Origin: Thermoproteota archaeon
Lineage (GTDB): Archaea > Korarchaeota > JAOZGF01 > JAOZFZ01
Assembly (NCBI GenBank): GCA_027492035.1
Contig: JAOZFT010000004.1
Span: 256,001 to 320,000 of the forward strand
Reading direction: 5' to 3'
DNA length: 64,000 nt
The notes under the pieces are model-generated. The model was not told the origin of the DNA and ran no database searches. It was given only the letters and a program-made list of their open reading frames with translations. A program made the translations under genes and the position numbers. Position 1 is the first letter of the stretch; every line of letters begins with the position of its first letter. Below are positions 19,041 through 28,267 of the stretch, in pieces.

Positions 19041-19421
19041 TTACTGTTTTTCCTCCTTTAAAGTAATGGAATCCATTATTTCAATTAATTTCTTAAACAA
19101 AGATAACTGCAAGTTTAAAATATTCAACGTTTCCCTTATTTCTTCCTTTTCCTCCTCCCCCAATTTACTCAACAAGTCCGAATAACTTGAAATTTTCCCT
19201 AAAAGGTTTTTCTTCAAAGAGAAAAAAACCCCTAAGTCTTTGCTATAACCCTTTCTCTCCTTTTTCAAGAAAATTACTTCTCTTTTACAGTTGGGACACC
19301 AAGTTTTTCCATTCTGTTCAAACAGGGGGGATTTACAAATAGGACATATTTCAGGCAGCATCTTAGCCCCTTTCTTCAATAACTCAGCCATTTCTTTAAT
19401 GTTCCCACCCAAAAAAATCAA
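19041..19421 (-). CDS. UPF0148 / autoantigen p27-like Zn-ribbon protein
   Basis: MAELLKKGAKML...CP.C.SPLF.....WCPNC. Confidence 0.88.
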   Translation of the reverse strand: MIFLGGNIKEMAELLKKGAKMLPEICPICKSPLFEQNGKTWCPNCKREVIFLKKERKGYSKDLGVFFSLKKNLLGKISSYSDLLSKLGEEEKEEIRETLNILNLQLSLFKKLIEIMDSITLKEEKQ

Positions 19422-19599
19422 CTCTTAAATTTTTATCAAGTTATACAAAGGCAGTGTAGGATAATGTCTCCTTTTCTCAATTAAATGGAAGAAAGAGAAA
19501 ATTTAAAAATTAACGCTAGTTAAGTATGAAGTAGCTCTGCTACGGAAACGTGACTGCTGAAAGTAATGAATAAAAAGAAGTAAATGTTCCTTTTTCTCG

Positions 19600-19896
19600 G
19601 TGACAAATCAATTCCAGGTGGCTTCTATGAGTAAAGAAGAAAAATATAAAGAAACAATAAATAGGATAGTCTCTATTCTAAGAAGTATAATAGAAGACAC
19701 TTCTGTCCCAAGAAATATAAGAAAAACAGCAAATGAAGCAATAACAACTCTCCTGAACAAAAACCAAACACCGGGTTTGAGAGCCAGTATCGTTACTTCT
19801 ATCCTTGATGAAATAAGTAACGATCCAAACATGCCTATGCATACAAGAACAAAAATATGGGCATGTATGAGCCAATTAGAAACAATAGTTGATTAA
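19600..19896 (+). CDS. UPF0147 family protein
   Basis: EDTSVPRNIR, LDEISNDPNMP.HTRT.IW. Confidence 0.92.
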   Translation: MTNQFQVASMSKEEKYKETINRIVSILRSIIEDTSVPRNIRKTANEAITTLLNKNQTPGLRASIVTSILDEISNDPNMPMHTRTKIWACMSQLETIVD

Positions 19897-19929
19897 AGTT
19901 TCTGCCATGAAAAATATTTAGCTTTTCCG

Positions 19930-20014
19930 GCGGGGGTTGCCGAGCCAGGTTAAAGGCGCTAGCTTCAGGAGCTAGTGGATAAGCCCTGCGTGGGTTCAAA
20001 TCCCACCCCCCGCA
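19930..20014 (+). tRNA. tRNA-Leu(CAG)
   Basis: Cloverleaf, CTAGC-TTCAGGA-GCTAG, long variable arm. Confidence 0.95.
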
Positions 20015-20057
20015 TAACTTAAACCTGTTTAAATTTCTCAATGGAGGAAAAAATCCG

Positions 20058-20573
20058 GTGAAACCTTGGGAATATATAATTCGAAGCATCTCCCGAAACG
20101 AAATAGATAATGTGATAAGGATTAACCGGGAATGCTTGCCCGAAAATTATTCCCGTTTCTTCTTCGAAGAAATCTTTAGGAATTTCCAAAGGTATTTTTT
20201 AGTAGCCGAATTTAACGGCAAAATTGTTGGTTACGCCATGGCTCGTGTGGAAACAATATTTCATTTGTTTAAATTGCAAAAAAAACTTCATTTAATCTCA
20301 ATAGCAGTGCTTCCATCCTTTAGAAGAATGGGGATCGCCTCTTCACTCCTTAAAAAACTGGAGGAAGAAGCAGTTTCGGCGGACATTTTTTCAATTTTTT
20401 TAGAAGTGAGGGTAAGTAATTACGGAGCTCTTTCATTATACAGAAAGATGGGTTTTAAAATGGTTCAGGTTTTGAAGAAATATTACAGGGACGGCGAAGA
20501 CGCTTATTTAATGGAAAAAATATTGTCGAGGGGAATGGGGCCGCCCGGATTTGAACCGGGGTTTCTCGGATGA
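20058..20573 (+). CDS. rimI: N-terminal acetyltransferase, Ard1/RimI (GNAT)
   Basis: LPENY, HLISIAV...RRMGIA, LEVRVSN..A..LY, YYRDGEDAY.M. Confidence 0.92.
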   Translation: MKPWEYIIRSISRNEIDNVIRINRECLPENYSRFFFEEIFRNFQRYFLVAEFNGKIVGYAMARVETIFHLFKLQKKLHLISIAVLPSFRRMGIASSLLKKLEEEAVSADIFSIFLEVRVSNYGALSLYRKMGFKMVQVLKKYYRDGEDAYLMEKILSRGMGPPGFEPGFLG

Positions 20574-20626
20574 ACACTCTCGAGAGCCCGAGTCTCGAAG
20601 GCTAGACCTAGCTACCCCACGGCCCC
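20536..20626 (-). tRNA. tRNA-Pro(CGG) with 16-nt intron in the variable loop (about 45/46; 20563-20578)
   Basis: CGAGA-CTCGGGC-TCTCG arm; BHB CTCG/CGAG with bulges AGA, AAA; splicing restores the AGAC variable loop. Confidence 0.9.
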
Positions 20627-20757
20627 CCTAATCCTTTACTTTTACTTAAGTAATTTTACGTTCAATTTTTCTAGGCAGTGAAACATTTATCTTTTTAAGT
20701 CCTATTCCTTAAATTTATTTTTGTTGTTTTTACTTTCAAAATTGAAAGGTAGATTTT

Positions 20758-21492
20758 GTGCTGTCAGAATTCATAAAGGATAAGTTAGCGGCTAGAATAG
20801 CTGGAGAGATAGTTCTATCTAAAAACCCGGGAGAAACCATGAAAAAATGGAGATTAATCTTTGGCGTCAGGCAATTGCAGTTAGCCAGTTTTTTAGGTTT
20901 CTCACCAAGCGTAATTTCGGACTATGAAGGGGGAAGGAGAAAATCACCAGGTTCACAAATAATAAGAAGGTTTGTTCTATCTTTAATAAAAATAGATGAA
21001 CTCAAGGGAGGAGAAAAACTTAACGAATTGGCAACTAAGCTTTACCCTGAATTTCTCACTCCTGCACTTGTTGACATGGGTGAATTCACTTTCCCTGTGA
21101 AAATAAAAATGATTCAAGAAGTCTTGGAAGCTAAAGTGCTTTATGGTACAGAGGAATCTCTAAACAGCACAATTTATGGGTATACAATAATTGACAGTAT
21201 AAAAGCCATAAAAACACTCTCCGGGGATGATTTTCTGAAATTCTTTGGACTTACAACCCAAAGAGCCTTAATTTTCACAAAGGTTGGAAGTGGAAGGTCA
21301 CCAATGGTTGCAATAAGAGTTAGAGGCTTTAAACCTGCAACTGTTATACTTCACGGCCCTGAAGAAGTGGATCCTCTAGCTATAGAACTAGCAAAAATAG
21401 AAAACTTGCCTTTGATGGTTTCAAGGTTACCCACTCCTGAAGAAATAGCTAAGAAAATACGTTCCTTAATGGAGAGAGGGGGAGGAATATAA
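20758..21492 (+). CDS. XRE-family HTH transcriptional regulator (COG1709-like)
   Basis: IAGEIVLS..PG..MKKWR, SVISDYE.GRRKSPG, GRSPMVAIRV; usual neighbour of HMG-CoA synthase. Confidence 0.9.
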   Translation: MLSEFIKDKLAARIAGEIVLSKNPGETMKKWRLIFGVRQLQLASFLGFSPSVISDYEGGRRKSPGSQIIRRFVLSLIKIDELKGGEKLNELATKLYPEFLTPALVDMGEFTFPVKIKMIQEVLEAKVLYGTEESLNSTIYGYTIIDSIKAIKTLSGDDFLKFFGLTTQRALIFTKVGSGRSPMVAIRVRGFKPATVILHGPEEVDPLAIELAKIENLPLMVSRLPTPEEIAKKIRSLMERGGGI

Positions 21493-21699
21493 ATTAGTTT
21501 ATTAACGTAAAATAATTTATTAATAAACGAAAAATTTATAAATAAGTATGTAATAAAAGGCTTAATTTACCAAGCAACACCCTTTAAAGGGGTTAAATGG
21601 AAGTCCAGTTTCCAAATTCTTTTTGCAGTGTCAACAGTAATCATCTTTCAAAGTTAAAGGCACCATTTTCTTCTGCAGTTATTTTCATGAGGTGATCCA

Positions 21700-22761
21700 T
21701 TGAAAAACAAAATTGATGTCGACATACTAGGTTGGGGAGGATATGTCCCAATTTACAGGATTTCAGTTGATGAAATAAGTAAAGAATGGGGTGAAAACCC
21801 TTTAAAATGGAGAAAAATGCTTGGGTTATGTGAAAAATCAGTCCCTTCCCTAGACGAGGACTCAACCACACTGGCTGTGGAGGCATGTAAAATTTGCTTA
21901 AAAAGGGCTCAGGTGGATCCCTCTGAAATTACTGCCATTTATGTAGGCACTGAGTCGAAAGCTTACGCTGTAAAACCCACTTCCACAATTATAGCTCAAG
22001 CGCTAGGGTTATCGCCATCTATTTCTTCCGCAGATATGGAATTCGCTTGTAAAGCTGGCACTGAAGCCTTAACCGTCTGTATGAGCCAAGTTATCTCGAG
22101 AGGAGGGGTGGGTTTAGCCATAGGGACCGATACTGCTCAAGGCAGACCTAAAGATCCCCTAGAGTACTCTGCCGGAGCTGGAGCTGCTGCATTTATTTTG
22201 GGCAGTAAACACTCTAAAAGGGAGTCAGCTGCAAAAATCCTTTTTCATTACTCCTATGTTACTGACACACCTGATTTTTGGAGAAAGAATGGCGATAAAT
22301 ATCCCTGCCATGCTGAAAGATTTACCGGCTCCCCTGCATACTTCAAACATACAGTGAATGCAGCTAGAACATTAATGAAAACAGTTGGAACTAACCCTTC
22401 AGATTACCAGCATGTAATTTTTCACCAGCCTAATGGTAAGTTTCCTCTTAAAGCCGCTAAACTTTTAGGGTTCGTTAAGAAACAGCTAAAATATGGTTTA
22501 CTGGTGGATAAGATAGGGAATACTTACTCAGCTAATTCCCTTCTTGGACTTGTTTCAGTTTTAGATAATGCAGCCCCAGGCGATAAAATATTGCTTGTGT
22601 CCTTCGGCTCAGGAGCTGGTAGTGACGCCTTCCACTTAGAGGTTCAAGAAGGAATAAGTGAAAAGAAGAGGTTAGCTTTACCGCTTGAAAAATTCATTAA
22701 CAGAAAAATAAATGTTTCCTATGGGTCTTATGTTAGGAAACGTGCAATGCTTTATGTTTAA
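21700..22761 (+). CDS. Hydroxymethylglutaryl-CoA synthase (archaeal type)
   Basis: DEDSTT, GTES..YAVKP, EFACKAGT, FHQPN.KFP, IGNTYS, SFGSGAGSD. Confidence 0.95.
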   Translation: MKNKIDVDILGWGGYVPIYRISVDEISKEWGENPLKWRKMLGLCEKSVPSLDEDSTTLAVEACKICLKRAQVDPSEITAIYVGTESKAYAVKPTSTIIAQALGLSPSISSADMEFACKAGTEALTVCMSQVISRGGVGLAIGTDTAQGRPKDPLEYSAGAGAAAFILGSKHSKRESAAKILFHYSYVTDTPDFWRKNGDKYPCHAERFTGSPAYFKHTVNAARTLMKTVGTNPSDYQHVIFHQPNGKFPLKAAKLLGFVKKQLKYGLLVDKIGNTYSANSLLGLVSVLDNAAPGDKILLVSFGSGAGSDAFHLEVQEGISEKKRLALPLEKFINRKINVSYGSYVRKRAMLYV

Positions 22762-22785
22762 TTAACTGTTTAAGGTGTTTTTATT

Positions 22786-23943
22786 TTGAGAAGGGTTGTC
22801 ATGGCTGGCTACGGCTTAATCAGGGTTGGTGAGCATTGGAATAAGTCATTAAGGCACTTAGGTGCTGAAGTCTACTTGGATTTAGTTAGCAGGGTTGGTG
22901 AAGTGAAAATAAATAAAGTGTATGTCTCAAGCCTATTTGCCGCGGAGTCATCTCATCAATATCTATTTGCTCCCCTACTAGCGGACCATTTAGGTTTAGA
23001 GCATGTTCCTGCTACAAGAGTAGAAGCTGGAGATGCTTCTGGTGGAATAGCTGTTCATGAAGCGTTTTTAAGTATAAAATCAGGAATGTTTGACAGTGTC
23101 TTGGTTATTGGTGCAGAGAAAATGACAGAGCATGTTGCTTCTATTTCTACAGAGAGTAGAGCAAAACTACTTGATTCAAAATATGAATCCCCCCACGGTT
23201 TAACTTTGGCAGGTACTTATGCATTAATGATGCGTGAATACATGGACAAATACTCTGTACCAAGAGAAGCTTTCGGCATGTTTTCTGTAGAAATGCATAA
23301 AAATGCAGTAAATAACCCGTACGCCCAATTAAGATTTCCAATTACCCTAGAAAAGTATTTTGAATCACCTACAACAGCTGACCCTTTAAAACTCTACGAT
23401 TGCGCCCCTATAAGTGACGGAGCTGCAGCTTTGCTCCTAACTTCCCTAGATTACGGGAAGGAAATCAGCGACTCATTAGTTGAAATAAAGGCTAGTTCAG
23501 CAGCCACAGATAATTTCTCAATTATTGACCGTGACTCTATACTTGAACTTAAAAGTACAAGTAAAGCTTTAGAAGAAGCTCTTTCAGAAGCCAAAGTTAA
23601 GAGAAGAAACATTGACGTCTTAGAAATACATGACTCCTTCACAATTGCCGCTTTCCTTTCTCTTGAAAGTTTAGGTTTCTCACAGAAAGGCAAAACTCAT
23701 GAACTTGTTTTAAATAATTATTTCTCCAAAGATTCAGATTTACCTGTTAACCCAGGTGGTGGATTAAAAGCTAGAGGCCATCCTATGGGAGCAACAGGTG
23801 TTTATCAGCTTGTGGAAAGCTATATGCAACTCACTGGTGAAGCTGGTCACTTCCAAGTACCTGACCCGAAAAATATCCTTGTTCAAAATATGGGGGGCAC
23901 AGGTTCCATTACTGCAGTTCATATTTTAAGTAGAATCGAATGA
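22786..23943 (+). CDS. Thiolase-fold protein (acetoacetyl-CoA thiolase family; catalytic Cys residues substituted)
   Basis: GAEKM, NPYAQ, DGAAA, EIHDSF, NPGGGL.ARGHP.GATG; lies between HMGCS and DUF35. Confidence 0.88.
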   Translation: MRRVVMAGYGLIRVGEHWNKSLRHLGAEVYLDLVSRVGEVKINKVYVSSLFAAESSHQYLFAPLLADHLGLEHVPATRVEAGDASGGIAVHEAFLSIKSGMFDSVLVIGAEKMTEHVASISTESRAKLLDSKYESPHGLTLAGTYALMMREYMDKYSVPREAFGMFSVEMHKNAVNNPYAQLRFPITLEKYFESPTTADPLKLYDCAPISDGAAALLLTSLDYGKEISDSLVEIKASSAATDNFSIIDRDSILELKSTSKALEEALSEAKVKRRNIDVLEIHDSFTIAAFLSLESLGFSQKGKTHELVLNNYFSKDSDLPVNPGGGLKARGHPMGATGVYQLVESYMQLTGEAGHFQVPDPKNILVQNMGGTGSITAVHILSRIE

Positions 23944-24359
23944 GAAAGAGATGGTTACTTGTGGCTAGTGCACCTCAGGTATGGAGGGAATCAAAGCAAA
24001 GGTATAAATTAATAGGTTTCGAATGTGAAAACTGCAAAAGACCCTTCTTTGTTGAAAGGGTAATCTGTCCCAACTGTAAATCAAGGAAAATAAGGGAAAT
24101 AAGGTTGGGTGCTGAAGGAACAGTAGAAAGCTTTACTGTCATATTTAACCCACCTAAAAAATTTGAGTACCACTCCCCTTATATAATTGGGTTAATTAAA
24201 TTGAAGAAAGGGGTTAAAGTAATTGGGCAAATTGTTGATTGTCTCCCTCAAGAGGTTAAAGTAGGGTTGGAAGTGGAAGTCTCCTTCAGAATTGTTTCTA
24301 AAGATGAAGACACGGGTTTAATTATGTATGGCTATAAATTTAGACCTAAAATCTATTAA
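23940..24359 (+). CDS. DUF35 Zn-ribbon/OB-fold scaffold protein
   Basis: C..C...CP.C, G.V.SFT, YGYKFRP. Confidence 0.92.
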   Translation: MRKRWLLVASAPQVWRESKQRYKLIGFECENCKRPFFVERVICPNCKSRKIREIRLGAEGTVESFTVIFNPPKKFEYHSPYIIGLIKLKKGVKVIGQIVDCLPQEVKVGLEVEVSFRIVSKDEDTGLIMYGYKFRPKIY

Positions 24360-24370
24360 AAACAACTTCT

Positions 24371-24727
24371 CTACTTTCCTGATTTTAATTTAAGGATTGC
24401 ACCAGCTAAATCTCCCTTTTCCTCAATTAACGCTTTTTTAGCTGCTTCATAATCAACTCCAGCTTTTTCTGCAACCAAGGCAATATCCTCTTCGGGTATC
24501 TCTAATTCTTCCTCTATCTCCTCTTCTATTATTTCCCCCTCGATTTGAATAACCTTTCTTGGACCGTAGCTTACAACTGAAACTACAGGATCGTAAACAA
24601 CGAGTTTTTTTTCATTTCCCTCCAGAACAACTTTATTTATATCTTCTAAAGGCTCAATACTAACCCCCATTTTCTTCATTAACCGTGTTATCTCTCTTTG
24701 ACTCGGCATTTTTCTTAAAGGCTTCAA
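24371..24727 (-). CDS. nac: Nascent polypeptide-associated complex protein
   Basis: R...MKKMG, C-terminal UBA EEDIALVA...A.KAL....GDLA.AIL.L. Confidence 0.92.
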   Translation of the reverse strand: MKPLRKMPSQREITRLMKKMGVSIEPLEDINKVVLEGNEKKLVVYDPVVSVVSYGPRKVIQIEGEIIEEEIEEELEIPEEDIALVAEKAGVDYEAAKKALIEEKGDLAGAILKLKSGK

Positions 24728-24920
24728 GTAAATCCCTCCCTAAGTTTTCGGCTCTAAGTAGTTGCGTTAAGTTTTTAAACTGCTTAAATATAAATTAAGT
24801 GTTTAAATTTTAAAAACATATCAAACTATTCCTTTAACAAGGAAGAATTTAACCATTTTAAACTAAACCTAACACCTTTAACGGAAACAATAAAAACCTA
24901 AAGGGGAAAATGGGGGAATT

Positions 24921-25445
24921 ATGTTTTGTGAAATTTGCGGGAAAAAAATAACCTCTACCCTCTACCGAATAACTCTTGAGGGGAGTGTGTTAATAGTTTG
25001 TAAAGAGTGTTCAGTTTTTGGAGAAAATGCAAAACCCTATATACCCAAAAAAACTGTACCTAAACCAAAAGAAAAAAGGGGGACTAAAGAAACCCGGTAT
25101 AAGAAAAATCTCAAGGTAATTAAGGAACCAAAAGATAAAGGTTTCGACGAAGAGTATGAGATAGTTGAGAATTACAGTGAAATAATAAAGGGTATAAGAT
25201 TGAAACTAGGCTTAAAACAGGAAAAATTTGCAGAAATCCTCAATGAAAAAACTTCCTTAATTAAGAAAATAGAAAAAGGAGCTATAGAACCCTCTTTAGA
25301 TCTTGCAAGGAAAATAGAGAGAAGGTTTAATGTAAAAATTATCAAAGAAAAGGTCCAGGAAGAAGTATTAAATTCCAAGTTTTCAGGTAAGGAAGAAGCT
25401 TTAACTTTAGGTGAAATAGCAAGAATCAAAGAGAAGCGTAGTTGA
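24921..25445 (+). CDS. Multiprotein bridging factor aMBF1
   Basis: CEICG..VC.EC Zn ribbon plus HTH, LTLGE. Confidence 0.92.
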   Translation: MFCEICGKKITSTLYRITLEGSVLIVCKECSVFGENAKPYIPKKTVPKPKEKRGTKETRYKKNLKVIKEPKDKGFDEEYEIVENYSEIIKGIRLKLGLKQEKFAEILNEKTSLIKKIEKGAIEPSLDLARKIERRFNVKIIKEKVQEEVLNSKFSGKEEALTLGEIARIKEKRS

Positions 25446-25455
25446 AGGCCCTTTC

Positions 25456-25980
25456 CTATATAGCAATTACTTTTTTTCCCTTTTCTGAAGGCAAAATTTT
25501 TACTTTAGCATTAGGGTATTTAAAATAAATTTCTCTTCCATCAAATAACCTATCCAGAAAAACAGCTAATGCAGCTATTTCGGAATGTGGTTGGTTAGTT
25601 ACTGAAATGTTATAATCTGAAACTTCATACACCCAACCAGGCACTTTCTCCGCTCCTACCACAACCATGATTTTTTTTTCCTCCCTAAGTTCATTCACTT
25701 TTTCCAATAAGGGCACACCATACATCGTTAAATGAACAACCACCCCTCCCTTCTTTCTCCATTCCAGAACTAGTTCTCTAGGTTTTTCGGTTGAGTTTAC
25801 TTGGAACTTTCCTCCAAAGATTTCACAAACCCTTTTTACCCTTTCTTCTATTTCTTTTTCGTAAATGTTTGCGAAAATTATTTCCTTAGCTCCGAAGGCT
25901 CTAGCAACTAAAGCTACATGTGTACTAACTCTTTTATCCCTACTTAACCTATGCCCAAGCCTTAAAACCACAATTTCCAT
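25456..25980 (-). CDS. trm56: tRNA (cytidine56-2'-O)-methyltransferase
   Basis: LRLGHR..RDKRVSTHV.L.ARAFGA, HLTMYG, VGAEKVP, NQPHSE.AALA. Confidence 0.95.
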   Translation of the reverse strand: MEIVVLRLGHRLSRDKRVSTHVALVARAFGAKEIIFANIYEKEIEERVKRVCEIFGGKFQVNSTEKPRELVLEWRKKGGVVVHLTMYGVPLLEKVNELREEKKIMVVVGAEKVPGWVYEVSDYNISVTNQPHSEIAALAVFLDRLFDGREIYFKYPNAKVKILPSEKGKKVIAI

Positions 25981-26098
25981 TAATCCTCTCCATTTTTGGA
26001 AAGGGATAAATGTATAAATTTATATTTTTCATTTACCCTTACAACCTCTTAAAAACAAAAAAAGTTAAATTCTTCCAGTTTAGAAAGGGGAGGCTTTT

Positions 26099-26614
26099 AT
26101 GTCACTTACTTTGCAACATATTGAGAAGTATCCTTTTTTTGATGTTATTGAGCAAATAGCAGGAGAAGAAGCATGTGAAATAGTGAAATCTCTTCTCTTC
26201 GAAGATAAAACAATTAAAGAGATAGCTAAAGACACAGGGTTAAAAATTAACTTAATAAGGAAAGTACTGTATAAATTAAACAAATACTATATTGCCACTT
26301 ACGAAAAAAGCGAGAAGAAAATAAACCCTATCTTCAGGGAGTTCACATGGAGATTTAACCCTCAAGCAGTTGTGAAGTATGTAGAGAAGAGAAAAGAAGT
26401 TCTAATTGATAACTTAAAAAAGAACCTTAATTACCTAAGCCAAAAACAAGTATTCTTCTGCGGAAACCAAGGCTGCTCAACCTATGATTTCGAAAAAGCC
26501 TTTGAATTAAATTTTAAATGCCCTAACTGTAATACCGCTTTGAAACTTCTAGATTCCACAACTACAATAAATAAAATAAAGACCTTCCTAAGCAAAGTCT
26601 ACACAAATTACTAA
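26099..26614 (+). CDS. tfe: Transcription factor E alpha
   Basis: N-terminal wHTH (EIA..TG....IRKVLYKL) and FFC...C....F..A....FKCPNC. Confidence 0.9.
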   Translation: MSLTLQHIEKYPFFDVIEQIAGEEACEIVKSLLFEDKTIKEIAKDTGLKINLIRKVLYKLNKYYIATYEKSEKKINPIFREFTWRFNPQAVVKYVEKRKEVLIDNLKKNLNYLSQKQVFFCGNQGCSTYDFEKAFELNFKCPNCNTALKLLDSTTTINKIKTFLSKVYTNY

Positions 26615-26655
26615 TGGAAACGATCTTATTTTAAATTTGTTTATCCTAAACCTGT

Positions 26656-26745
26656 GGGCCGGTGGTCTAGACGGCTATGACGTCGCCCTTACGTGACATT
26701 TGCTGAGTAAGGCGGAGGTCGTGGGTTCGAATCCCACCCGGCCCA
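26656..26745 (+). tRNA. tRNA-Val(TAC) with 16-nt intron at 37/38 (26694-26709)
   Basis: Cloverleaf; BHB CTTA/TGAG with bulges CGT, TAA. Confidence 0.94.
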
Positions 26746-27319
26746 CTAAATTTTTTTAAGTGAATCCTTAAGTTTTTAACATGGCTTCAACCTTTAACTT
26801 AACTTGATGAGAGTTGCCAATAAATATTCTTACCTTCTTTCAGGATGTGGATGTTCAATAACCTCTCCGCCTCCCCTAATCATGATAGGGTGAGTTAAAA
26901 CCTAAAAGATCACCAAAAAGACTAAAGCCAATAATTACGTATAAAACGCCTTGGTGCATCCTCCCCCATTTTTCATCTCACTTCTCCTTTACTCCCAAAA
27001 TGTTTAAAGTCTGCGTTTAAATAAATACAATTCAAATAAATCCTTCTAGTTTAAAACGCTATGTCTTTGTACAGTTGTACAAACCACTTGCACAAGGAAA
27101 GGTTGACACTGTTGGGGACACCATTCCCAACGTCATTGAAGAGCTTATATCGTAAAAAAGAGGAGGAAATTTACAATAAAATTATAAAACGATTTTGAAG
27201 AGAAGCAGAAAGGACCGACGTTTAGAGCTGGTTTTAGATTTAAAAACGCTCATATGAGAAGTGATATATGGTTGATCCCTCGAATTTATTCTTAAGAAGG
27301 ATTCTTCTGTTACAATTTT

Positions 27320-27650
27320 AACTAATACACTAACTAATCTTTCTTTTCTTATATATCTTATATAATAAGCGTTCTCATTTATTGATTTAATTAGCTTATT
27401 CGTTACTTGCCTATAAGGCTTTATAGCTTGGAAATAGCATAAATCCAGAAATTCACGTCCAAAGTTTCCAGAGTCTCTTTTTCATCTTTGTCGTAGATGT
27501 AAATTGTGCCACTCCTAACTTCACCAGCTAATTTCTCGTCTCCTTTGGAGATCCATTCAACTTTAAGCTCGTAGCCTAGCCTAAACTTGTTTTTCAATCT
27601 CTCAATCTCTTTTTTAAGCTCCTTCCTAAGTTTAAAGCTTAACCCTTTTA
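27320..27650 (-). pseudogene. Multiply frameshifted gene remnant downstream of tRNA-Val (boundaries approximate)
   Basis: Reads LRKELKKEIERLKNKFRLGYELKVEWISKGDEKLAGEVRSGTIYIYDKDEKETLETL / EFLD / YAIS / AIKPYRQVTNKLIKSINENAY across frames, with no start codon. Confidence 0.55.
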
Positions 27651-27823
27651 AAGCTCGATTAGTTCTTCCTTTCTATGGTTTAAGGCATCCTCTTCACTAT
27701 GTTTCCTTTTGTAAAGGGTTTTCTTTGTTGATTTACCCTGTTCCTTTTAAAAAAAGAGATAGTTAAAAAGGAAACTTAAGTTTTTAAAAAGTGGAGTTTT
27801 GTGTTTGGAGGTGTTTTGAATTA

Positions 27824-28264
27824 ATGAGGGTTTGTGTTACATCTCACTTTTCGATCGCTCACGTTGTGAAAAGACGAAACAGCTGGGAGACACTTCACGG
27901 CCATAATTACAAGGCTGTTTTATGTGTTGAAAAAGAATTAGATGAATTAGGGATGGTTATGGATTTTAAAGACTTAAAACTTGTTTTAAATGGAATAATT
28001 AAGAAACTGGATCATAAAACTCTCCTGCCAAGTAAAAACAAGGAAATTAATTTACGACTTGAGGGAAATTTAGCGTCTTTTCAAATTAGAAATAAAAAAT
28101 ACACTTTACCCTTGGAAGATGTAGAATTAATTCCTACCACGAATGTAACCGCTGAAGAAGTTGCACTCTACCTAGTTTCTAAATTAAGAGAAAAAATTCA
28201 GGCTTCAAAACTTGAGTTATCAATTTACGAAAGCCCTGACATGTTTGTGGTTGAGAGGGTTTAA
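27824..28264 (+). CDS. 6-pyruvoyl/6-carboxy-tetrahydropterin synthase family protein (QueD/PTPS)
   Basis: F..AH, LHGHNY, GMVMDFK.LK, LDHK.L, TAEE.A, final ES motif. Confidence 0.9.
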   Translation: MRVCVTSHFSIAHVVKRRNSWETLHGHNYKAVLCVEKELDELGMVMDFKDLKLVLNGIIKKLDHKTLLPSKNKEINLRLEGNLASFQIRNKKYTLPLEDVELIPTTNVTAEEVALYLVSKLREKIQASKLELSIYESPDMFVVERV

Positions 28265-28267
28265 AAA

